Source: Candidatus Micrarchaeota archaeon
GTDB taxonomy: Archaea > Micrarchaeota > Micrarchaeia > Anstonellales > Bilamarchaeaceae
Direction of reading: 5' to 3'
DNA: 64,000 nucleotides
NCBI GenBank assembly: GCA_043827025.1
Contig: JBDRPL010000006.1
Span: forward strand, 14,204-78,203
Shown here: positions 56,257 to 64,000 of the stretch, one piece after another
How positions within the stretch are numbered: the stretch's first letter is position 1
Layout of the letters: every line of letters starts with the position of its first letter
Made by a program: the position numbers and the translations under genes
The notes under the pieces: model-generated
What the model saw: the letters and a program-made list of their open reading frames with translations, nothing else
Told to the model about the DNA's origin: nothing
Databases searched by the model: none

Positions 56257-56775
56257 TTATTGGTTCCTAGCAATCTTTCCGAATTTTGCATAGGGTTTTG
56301 ATGAGGCTGATTCTAATTTGTGGAATGTTACCTGGGAAACGCGCATGCCTGCATGCAGTTTTATCGGGAATGGTGCGAAATTTACGATCTCCAGCACCTG
56401 GTGATTCGAGCTTCCAGGCTGGACTATTGCGGAAGTTATATGGACAGTCAAGCCCATCCTTGCATATCTGCTTCTTCCTCCAAGCAATCCCATTATATCG
56501 CGTGGCAGGGTTATCTTTTCAACTGTTGTTGCAAGGCACATTTGGTCATGTTGTAATATAATTTCCTTTGCAATTATTTTTTTGTTCGCTTCCTGAAATG
56601 CCACTTTATCCAGATCCACAACTTCCCCCTGAAGATATTTTTCCTTGAAGAAACCCCATTCATTGCTTAATGTAAGATCAACACTTGCCTGGCCTATCTG
56701 ATCAGGCTTTATCGGGCTTATCTTGATTATGCCCTTCTTTAGATGTTCCCGGATATCATTATCTGAAAGTATCAT
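56257..56775 (-). CDS. dcd: dCTP deaminase
   Basis: MILSD, ASVDLTL, GRSRYARMGL.VH, VLEI.N, GMRVSQ. Confidence 0.93.
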   Translation of the reverse strand: MILSDNDIREHLKKGIIKISPIKPDQIGQASVDLTLSNEWGFFKEKYLQGEVVDLDKVAFQEANKKIIAKEIILQHDQMCLATTVEKITLPRDIMGLLGGRSRYARMGLTVHITSAIVQPGSSNHQVLEIVNFAPFPIKLHAGMRVSQVTFHKLESASSKPYAKFGKIARNQ

Positions 56776-56886
56776 AAAGATATACTATTTCTTAAGGTAA
56801 TTAAACTTGAGCTTTTTCTATAGATGCTTCTCCCTGGTTGGCCTTCAGACTAACTTTTATATATTCTTTCGGTTAGCTATAAACAT

Positions 56887-57609
56887 ATGAAAATCAAGGT
56901 TATCCCAAACCCGAAGAAAGACTGGGCACTCGGAGTTGCAAAAGAAGTTGAGCAGCTTGTCAAATCCAGAGGCCATACTGTTTCAAAAAAAGATGCAGAT
57001 GTGACAATATGCATTGGCGGAGACGGAACAATCCTATATGTGAACCATAAAGGGAAGATAAGTGGTTCTGTTCTTGCAATCGGGAGCGATTCAAGCCACA
57101 TCTGCCAGCTTCACATCAATACTTGGAAAGACATGATTTTCGCATATCTTGGTTCAGGTAAGACCGAAGAGTATGTGATGTTGAAAGCTTCTGTTGGAAT
57201 TAAGGACTACTCAGTTCTGAACGATGTTGTCATTCATACTCATGATTACCGTACTATTAAATTAGATGTTCATATAGTGACTTACAAAAAAGGGCCGACA
57301 ACGCTTTTACTGAATCCTTTTGAAGGAGATGGAGTGATTGTTTCAACTGCAATAGGCTCAACAGCCTATGCCTATTCTGCAGGAGGTGAGGTCATCCTGC
57401 CTCAGACAAGCGAGTTGATCGAGGTCGTTCCGATATGCCCTTACAAAAGGAGATTCAAACCCATTTCCATTGACAAGGAATCTGACATTACGATTTCATC
57501 AGATAGGACAGCTGATTTCATAGTTGACGGCATTTACATAAAGAGACTTAAAGAAAATGAGAACGTGAAAGTGACTTATGGAAAGATGATTTCGTTCTTG
57601 ATCAAATAA
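56887..57609 (+). CDS. nadK: NAD kinase
   Basis: GGDGTIL, LND, GDGVIVST..GSTAYAYSAGG, VPICP. Confidence 0.92.
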   Translation: MKIKVIPNPKKDWALGVAKEVEQLVKSRGHTVSKKDADVTICIGGDGTILYVNHKGKISGSVLAIGSDSSHICQLHINTWKDMIFAYLGSGKTEEYVMLKASVGIKDYSVLNDVVIHTHDYRTIKLDVHIVTYKKGPTTLLLNPFEGDGVIVSTAIGSTAYAYSAGGEVILPQTSELIEVVPICPYKRRFKPISIDKESDITISSDRTADFIVDGIYIKRLKENENVKVTYGKMISFLIK

Positions 57610-57629
57610 TATTTTTGTAGAGTGATTGG

Positions 57630-57881
57630 ATGAATAAGGAAGATTTGGATCGCGGTTTTGTTGATGTGCGCGTAAGGATAAGCGGAGTCTACCAGAAGCA
57701 CAGGTTCATAGTTTCAGAGCTGACAAATGCTGCAGGGAAATTCAAATGCCTCATTGGTGATGATAGAATCCCACAGATGGAGCTTCTAAGGGTTGCAAAT
57801 GAGCTTGACATCCCTATCAAAACAACTTCGTCAATGGTTTTTCCAAAAGGAAAGAGCGGGAAGAATTTTGTCATTGTTTAG
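57630..57881 (+). CDS. Small hypothetical protein
   Basis: 83-aa ORF with GTGA RBS, co-oriented with nadK. Confidence 0.65.
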   Translation: MNKEDLDRGFVDVRVRISGVYQKHRFIVSELTNAAGKFKCLIGDDRIPQMELLRVANELDIPIKTTSSMVFPKGKSGKNFVIV

Positions 57882-58654
57882 GTTTCCTCATAATTTAACC
57901 CAAATTTTTCGCACAATTCCCTGACCTTCTTTTTCTGTTCCACATTTAAGTCATCCTTAACTACAATTACCTTAGTCACTTTTTCAACAGATTTCTCTAT
58001 TGCCTGTTTGAACGTGTCCTCGGCCAATGACTTCAGATGGTATTTTGGAATTATATGTCCGATCGCAACATTGTCTGGTTCGAAAATTATTTTTCTGAAT
58101 GGCTTTGCATAATGGTCGCCTCCGACTCCGAATGCAACAGGCCATTCAGCATTGTTTTCTATTGCTTCGATGACTGCATGCGCAACTATTTCACCAGCCA
58201 CAGTGTTTTGCCATGCCTCTTCATTGCTTCCGATCTCTACAAAAAGGATCGGCACTTTGCAAGTCGGACCATGATGGTCGACTTCCATTGCCACTTCAAA
58301 ATCAGGGAGTTTTTCTGCTGCCAATTTCTTCATTGTATTGACCATGATTTTGATCTTGCTTGCATAAACAGTATTCAATATCCTGTTCTCTCCTCTAAAA
58401 TCAGCCTTGTCCCAGTTGCCTGGCACATGGCACGTCAGCATTTTGGTTTCAGCCTTGCTTTTGTGAGGGCTCAGGACAAGGATGAGGTCTGTTTCAAAAC
58501 CAGTCGGCATGTCAAGTACTGATTCGACATCTGTTTTCATCATCCTTACCTTTCCGTAGTGCCAGAACTCGCCTTTCCTTTCAAACCCGAGTTTCATCAG
58601 GTGTTCAGCAATGTTTTTGCTTGCAATGTCTCTTTCAGTAAACAGTATCAGCAT
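57878..58654 (-). CDS. dtdA: D-aminoacyl-tRNA deacylase (archaeal DTD2)
   Basis: S.H.S, LTCHVPGNW, EVDHHGPT, FVEIGS, GVGGDHYA, GHIIPKY. Confidence 0.93.
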   Translation of the reverse strand: MLILFTERDIASKNIAEHLMKLGFERKGEFWHYGKVRMMKTDVESVLDMPTGFETDLILVLSPHKSKAETKMLTCHVPGNWDKADFRGENRILNTVYASKIKIMVNTMKKLAAEKLPDFEVAMEVDHHGPTCKVPILFVEIGSNEEAWQNTVAGEIVAHAVIEAIENNAEWPVAFGVGGDHYAKPFRKIIFEPDNVAIGHIIPKYHLKSLAEDTFKQAIEKSVEKVTKVIVVKDDLNVEQKKKVRELCEKFGLNYEET

Positions 58655-58662
58655 TTTATCAC

Positions 58663-59214
58663 CTAAGCCATTCCAAATAGCACTATTAGCACTATTGGTA
58701 TCAACACATTATCATCTATCCTTGTGGGCAAACCTTCAGCAAGCCCTGCAGCTATGCTGATGGGTATTGCTATTTTTCCAACGAAAACATAGGAAGCCAA
58801 TGAAAACAATATGAATGCCGCAGTACCTTCAAAGGTCTTCTTTTTATTGTATGGGAGTTTATGCCCACCTTTCCGCCCTATCACTGTTGAAATGCTGTCG
58901 CCTATTGCAAGTATCCAGATGCTTGCAGCTATCTGGTTAGGGTCTTTCAGGAAAGTTGCAATAAGGATTATTCCTACAAGATACCATGCAGGTGCCCAGC
59001 CTGCAAAAGGAGCACTTGGCCTTTCCAGTTTGTTATACATGAATTCGTAAAACTTGTTCTTCTCGAAGGTATGGTAATGTATCAATATCGAGCCAACTAG
59101 TAAGAGCAGAAAGCTGAAATAGATGAGATTGTCTCTTCCACAGAGCAATAATATTGCAAGCAGTATCAATCCTGCGATTGCATGCACAATTTGCCTGTTG
59201 AGTTCCTTATCCAT
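58663..59214 (-). CDS. Dolichol/polyprenol kinase family (SEC59/DGK1/VTE5)
   Basis: E..RQ.VH, GDS.ST.IG, KKTFEG, IDDN..IP. Confidence 0.88.
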   Translation of the reverse strand: MDKELNRQIVHAIAGLILLAILLLCGRDNLIYFSFLLLLVGSILIHYHTFEKNKFYEFMYNKLERPSAPFAGWAPAWYLVGIILIATFLKDPNQIAASIWILAIGDSISTVIGRKGGHKLPYNKKKTFEGTAAFILFSLASYVFVGKIAIPISIAAGLAEGLPTRIDDNVLIPIVLIVLFGMA

Positions 59215-59695
59215 TTTTCCACCACGAATCTATGAATAGGTATATGAGCGGAGCTATTGCAGCAGAAGCCGCGATATCCTCGAACCTGTGCACTCCTAGA
59301 TATATTCTTGTGAATGCAACGAAAAGAGCAAATAGGAGTATCCAGATGTAATCCTTTTTCCTTATGAATGCGGTTGCCAGGGTGAATACAAGTATGGTAT
59401 GCAGGCTAGGAAATGAATATCCGGAACAGCTTGTTTCAATTATCTTGGCATTTTCCAATTGGCCAGTGCAAGGCCGTTCTACATGGTAAATTTCTTTCAA
59501 TGCGAATCCGACTACTACTGCAAGCGCCAAAGCTGTCAATATTTTCCATCGCCTGTTATTCTTCTTCTCGACAAGCATCACAACTAGGACCAGTAATATG
59601 GCGAATATGTATTCGTTATCCAGAAGTGATGATACTAATGTAAGTGGTCCTGAACTCAGTCCGAATATCCATTGGCTTAGCGGATCCATTTTCAT
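59207..59695 (-). CDS. PAP2-family phosphatase
   Basis: K.....ERP, YSFPSLH, TRIYLGVH..ED. Confidence 0.9.
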   Translation of the reverse strand: MKMDPLSQWIFGLSSGPLTLVSSLLDNEYIFAILLVLVVMLVEKKNNRRWKILTALALAVVVGFALKEIYHVERPCTGQLENAKIIETSCSGYSFPSLHTILVFTLATAFIRKKDYIWILLFALFVAFTRIYLGVHRFEDIAASAAIAPLIYLFIDSWWKNG

Positions 59696-59710
59696 TTCAA
59701 CTCTTTTTCT

Positions 59711-61237
59711 TTAGAATATATCTATGAAATAATATGCAGCAATGCCCAAGATAGAGAGTATGCTGAAGTAAATGAATAGCGACGATCTTTTTTTATCTAT
59801 ATCTGATGAGTAGTATGAGACCAATGCAGCATATATTATTATGTATGCGGGGATTACCTGCTGGATCTCATGTATTGTGCCAGTGTTTGAGAGGAGTGTT
59901 TCGCCTATACTGTCAAGTATCTTTGTCACGGACTTTAGTATCATAGGTATGAGCAGGACTCCAAAGAAGAGGGTGTATTTTTGCATGGACACCATGGCCT
60001 TTCTTTCATTGGATATGGAGTTGAATTCTAATAGGTCCTCTGCAGTCTCGTTTATGCGTTTCACGTTTCCGCAATCAAGCGAATGCTTCAATGCGTTTGC
60101 AACCCTTTCCACTAAAGGCCCTTTGTTTCTCTCTTTGAAGTCATCAAGCACCTTATCTTCGCTCATATTGCTTTTCAATTGCCTCAGTGAAATTTCAGCT
60201 TCTTCTGACAATGGCATGCCCTCGTTTTCAAAAACATTGAAAACTTCTTCAAGGGTTGCGCTTTTTGGAAGCGAGGATGATGCCATGAGCGCATTAGGGA
60301 GCGCATTTTCGATACCTTCGATCCTTTTTTCTTTGGAATATGTCGGATAAAATATTGCAATGCACACTGCAATTGTTGCCCCAAGGAACAAATATCCAAT
60401 TTCAGGGAAAACAATGTATCCTAATATGGGTAATAGGATTATTGCGAATCGTTTGTCATTGTTTTTCCTTTCGAATACCTGCACAGGCTCATTCATTTTC
60501 ATGAGCTGGAGTATGAGAAGGCTTATCAGAGGGATGATCAGCAACATTATTGCCCTGACTGAAAATCCAGATGTTTCGATGCCTAATGGCGAACTGCCAA
60601 GCGAGCTCACTATGACGAAAAAAGTCGGGAGCAATGCAGATGATGCGATGAACAGAAGGCCAAAGATCGAACTTGCTGACACATATTCCTTTATACGGTG
60701 CCTTTGCTTGGAGAGCATGTCATTGGCTATCCTTCTTATTTCATTTCCTTTACCACCTGTTTCATAGGCGGTTATGAGCTGCGAAAGCGCAGTCCTTGTG
60801 TCATTTGATTTCATCTGCCTTGCCATAGAGTTGATTGCCTTTGAGATGGGAATTCCGTGTTCGGATTCGAGGCACATTGCTTGTATTTCCTGGTCAAGGT
60901 AGGAATCTGAAACAGCAGACATCTCCATGGCTTTTTTGAACGGAATGTTCATATTCAGCAGAGTTCCTATTGACCTAAGCATGAAAGGCATTTCTGCTTC
61001 CATTTGCCTATTTCTTCTTTCGTATTCCATTTGAGGCATCTTTGCTATTATGATGAAAATGAAAGAGAAGGCCACGATGGAAGCAACTAGATCAGAAAAT
61101 GTGAATACCAGGGTTGCCAACACCAGTGAAACAAAAAGAGCCATTGTTCCATATCTCTTGGAATCCTCAACATGGTTTATTTTGATTAGGTTGAGTGGAG
61201 GGAAATATCTGCCAATTGCCACCAAATTATTCAGCAT
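59711..61237 (-). CDS. Type IV pilus/T2SS-F platform protein with two TadC-like domains
   Basis: Two E..[ML]P..L helical domains separated by TM segments; TGATG overlap with the ATPase. Confidence 0.85.
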   Translation of the reverse strand: MLNNLVAIGRYFPPLNLIKINHVEDSKRYGTMALFVSLVLATLVFTFSDLVASIVAFSFIFIIIAKMPQMEYERRNRQMEAEMPFMLRSIGTLLNMNIPFKKAMEMSAVSDSYLDQEIQAMCLESEHGIPISKAINSMARQMKSNDTRTALSQLITAYETGGKGNEIRRIANDMLSKQRHRIKEYVSASSIFGLLFIASSALLPTFFVIVSSLGSSPLGIETSGFSVRAIMLLIIPLISLLILQLMKMNEPVQVFERKNNDKRFAIILLPILGYIVFPEIGYLFLGATIAVCIAIFYPTYSKEKRIEGIENALPNALMASSSLPKSATLEEVFNVFENEGMPLSEEAEISLRQLKSNMSEDKVLDDFKERNKGPLVERVANALKHSLDCGNVKRINETAEDLLEFNSISNERKAMVSMQKYTLFFGVLLIPMILKSVTKILDSIGETLLSNTGTIHEIQQVIPAYIIIYAALVSYYSSDIDKKRSSLFIYFSILSILGIAAYYFIDIF

Positions 61238-62559
61238 CAATCCAACCCATAGAATTCTTTCTGTATTTTTTTGTAGAATCTTGAAAACTCCTCATTCGTT
61301 TTATCAATTGTTTTCTCCCGTGTTTCAATTTCTTTCCTTGTCTCGCTTTTGTTTAAGTTCAATTTACTCCCCGCTATCTCAAGAAGTTTGTCGCTTATAT
61401 TGGTTTCAAAGCAATCCTTTTCGCTGTCATATCTTCCAATCAATCCAAGCTTTGTTGAATACAGTTCCACTGCCCTTCTCATCTCAATATTTTTTCTGTC
61501 CTTATAACTCAACATCCTTCGGAGGATCAGTATGTAATCTATGGACGAAACATTTCCTATGCCAAAACTTTTGATTCTTGCTATGGCTTCCTCTGAATTC
61601 TGTGCGTGGAATGTTGCAAAACTTCCTCTTGCCTGCCCTGATGTCAAAACATCGAATAACGCCTCAGTTTCCTTTTTGTTCCTTACTTCTCCGACTATAG
61701 TCCTGTCTGGCCTCATCCTCAGGCTATTATATATTAATTGTGATAAGTCAACGCCCATTTCTTCCTTCATAACCATCCTTACCTGGTGTTCATGAGGGAT
61801 GCTTATTTCCGGGGTCTCTTCAGTGATTATGACTCGTTCGTTTTTTGGGACAAATGAAAACAGCGCATTGAGGAATGTGGTTTTTCCGCTTGCAGTATTC
61901 CCTGCAATGAGCAGGTTGTTGTCACCTTGGACTATGAGCGAAAGTAAGGCCATGGTTCTCTTGTCAATCGTTTTGTTGAGGCAGAGCTCTTTTGGCGAGA
62001 TTGGAATTTCTCTAAATTTCCGTATGGTTATCTCGCCCTCTGAAACAGGGTCAAGGCTGGCATGCATCCTGGAACCGTCCGCAAGGGTCGCGTTCAAGAC
62101 TGGTTTCTGTAGTGTTATTCTTCTTCCGAGCTCACTTCCCATCTTGTTTATGGCTTCTTTTATCGCACTTTCTTCTGTGAAGCAGGCATTTGCAGTTTTC
62201 CAGCCTTTGTTCCTCAAAAATACATAGACGGGTTTATTGACTCCGATTACGCTTACTTCTTCCACTTCTGGGTCTTTGAGGATGTATTCGATGAATTTGT
62301 TTCCATATATGTGCGCTGTTGCGAATTCGCCGAGATATTCCTTCTGGTCAATGTCAAGCTGTAGCGAATTGTTCTTCGCATAATCAGAGATTATCTTTTG
62401 GATGAGCTTTTTGCATTCTTCTTTAGAACCTACCTTTTTCTTCCGTATCTCTTTCTTGAATCTTTCTTCTATTTCAACAACCAGTTTCTCTTCTTCAGGG
62501 CTTAGTCTGGGCAGTTCAATCCTATACTCCCCCTCTTCAAGTACTTTCCATCCTAACAT
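61237..62559 (-). CDS. Second VirB11/TadA-like secretion ATPase
   Basis: GNTASGKT, TEETPEI, LRMRPDRTIVGEVR, ATFHA. Confidence 0.92.
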   Translation of the reverse strand: MLGWKVLEEGEYRIELPRLSPEEEKLVVEIEERFKKEIRKKKVGSKEECKKLIQKIISDYAKNNSLQLDIDQKEYLGEFATAHIYGNKFIEYILKDPEVEEVSVIGVNKPVYVFLRNKGWKTANACFTEESAIKEAINKMGSELGRRITLQKPVLNATLADGSRMHASLDPVSEGEITIRKFREIPISPKELCLNKTIDKRTMALLSLIVQGDNNLLIAGNTASGKTTFLNALFSFVPKNERVIITEETPEISIPHEHQVRMVMKEEMGVDLSQLIYNSLRMRPDRTIVGEVRNKKETEALFDVLTSGQARGSFATFHAQNSEEAIARIKSFGIGNVSSIDYILILRRMLSYKDRKNIEMRRAVELYSTKLGLIGRYDSEKDCFETNISDKLLEIAGSKLNLNKSETRKEIETREKTIDKTNEEFSRFYKKIQKEFYGLD

Positions 62560-62577
62560 AGAATCATGTCTATTTTT

Positions 62578-64000
62578 TCATTCTTTTATTTTGTAGATTC
62601 TGAACTTGGGCATTCCATTGACATTGCCCATCTCTTTTACAAGCTCGAAGTTGTCCAGGAATTGCTGTGTATATGGCAATTCAATGCTTGTGTCTCCTGT
62701 TGGAATCGCAACTATTATATCATATTTTGGCGCATTAGTTGGGGGTGCAGGATCCAGATAAGTGTTGAGTTTTAGATATCTAACTCCATTTGCAGCCAAT
62801 CGTTCTTCATATTCCTGTTTGTCAGGTACTGAAAGCGGGTCGCTTATGCCTGCTAATTGGCCGTTCTGGTCAAAACTGTATTCCGTCATAAGCCAGTCCT
62901 GCGACCATAAAAGATATTTGACATCATATTTTTTCAGCAGCTCCTTTGTTTTCTGTGGATTAGTGCCATAAGTCATTATTGCCTGATCGATCATCCTTTG
63001 GTTCATGTCTATATAGGGGCTTGCATGCGCCCTTCTGTAAGACACTATCTTGCGTCCGCTTATGGCATTCAGCATGAATCCATTTTCATTCGTTGTAATG
63101 AAGACGTCATTTACATTAGTATTTGCCCTTATCCAGTTGCCCAACTCTATAAATGAGGGGTCAAGTCCCGTCTGCCCTACTTGTATCCATCTATCATTTT
63201 TCATTGCAGTCATATGGTCTGCGTAAAGCAATGTTGCAAATAATATCAAGACAACCATTCCTATTTTTGCATGGTTTTTGTTATTCACCTTGTCAAATGC
63301 CTTTGATGCGCCTATTGAAATAAGCATCACTGAAATCACGCCCAGTCTTTCAGCCATCATCTCCATGACAAAATGCTTGTCCATCAATGGCAATGTTATC
63401 AGAGGATGGATCATTGCAAGGAACCAGGCGATCAATACTATGAATGTGAATTGGTGCGCGTAGACAGAAGGTGCCGGGTCCCCAAGCTCTGCAGCGTTCG
63501 GTGGAGTGACCTTGACGTCATGGACTGTCCTGAAAACATGATACAGCCCATAAAGAGATAATGCAGTGAAAATCCAAGTCAAGCTACTTAGGTAGGGCAG
63601 CAATATCCATTCTATCTGCCCTAATATCATCTTCCAAAGCACAGTCGGATCTCTTATGTCTGGCCTTGTGAAGTCCTGGACATTGTTTGGAGTTTCTCCG
63701 TAGTTTATGAAAATCGGTTTGAACCAGAAAAGCAATGCTATTGCAAATCCTATTAGGAAAACAGACAAATATTTCTTCAGCAATTCGAAGTTTTCGCTTT
63801 CCTTGAAGTCCTCCAGTTTTTTGGATGCCATGAAAATTGGGATTACATAAAAATAGAGGAATGCAAGTCCGAATACTAGCATTGAATCAAAGAATGCTTG
63901 AGTATTGCTGAGGCCTGCAATTCCAAGGGCCACACCGCAGATAATTAGGTTGCGTTTGTCAGGTATTTTTATGAAATCAAATAATGTGAGAAGGAAAAGC
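62578..64000 (-). CDS. Multi-pass GT-C-like membrane glycosyltransferase (5' end outside the window)
   Basis: Frame open to the window edge; many TMs, then W...NT...DV, NAISGRK and LKKYDVKY motifs typical of GT-C extracellular domains. Confidence 0.65.
   Translation of the reverse strand, partial: LFLLTLFDFIKIPDKRNLIICGVALGIAGLSNTQAFFDSMLVFGLAFLYFYVIPIFMASKKLEDFKESENFELLKKYLSVFLIGFAIALLFWFKPIFINYGETPNNVQDFTRPDIRDPTVLWKMILGQIEWILLPYLSSLTWIFTALSLYGLYHVFRTVHDVKVTPPNAAELGDPAPSVYAHQFTFIVLIAWFLAMIHPLITLPLMDKHFVMEMMAERLGVISVMLISIGASKAFDKVNNKNHAKIGMVVLILFATLLYADHMTAMKNDRWIQVGQTGLDPSFIELGNWIRANTNVNDVFITTNENGFMLNAISGRKIVSYRRAHASPYIDMNQRMIDQAIMTYGTNPQKTKELLKKYDVKYLLWSQDWLMTEYSFDQNGQLAGISDPLSVPDKQEYEERLAANGVRYLKLNTYLDPAPPTNAPKYDIIVAIPTGDTSIELPYTQQFLDNFELVKEMGNVNGMPKFRIYKIKE

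Overview
Archaeal chromosomal window, AT-rich and gene-dense, with many apparently leaderless TATA-driven genes. It is most consistent with a DPANN archaeon, probably Micrarchaeota (inference from gene content, bacterial-type GAPDH, LLFGC lipoproteins and a tRNA with a non-canonical intron). Core content: the S19e-PDCD5-L39e-L31e-eIF6-L20e-prefoldin operon, pheS, 2-oxoacid:ferredoxin oxidoreductase, Pus10, PolB, Map, Lhr, Pth2, NurA, pelota, a riboflavin operon, pyrD/pyrK, rpoK, dcd, NAD kinase and DTD2. It also holds a type IV pilus locus (KaiC-like ATPase, vWA adhesin, four minor pilins, ATPase, two platform proteins, two major pilins; no prepilin peptidase in the window) and a second ATPase/platform pair beside lipid-carrier and glycosylation genes. 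Best leads: (1) an in-frame fusion of archaeal riboflavin synthase with lumazine synthase in a mosaic bacterial/archaeal rib operon with a palindromic operator; (2) an apparently exported lytic-transglycosylase-like protein in an archaeon; (3) tRNA-Arg(TCG) with two introns, one an 83-nt branched intron in the T-loop; (4) a protein with three exactly 57-aa-spaced excisionase-like HTH repeats next to polB; (5) wHTH-pilus ATPase, HEAT-OB and membrane-wHTH fusions; (6) scattered orphan genes, including two related radical SAM enzymes. No CRISPR array, rRNA, integrase or transposase was seen. All calls come from reading motifs by eye; no database searches were run.
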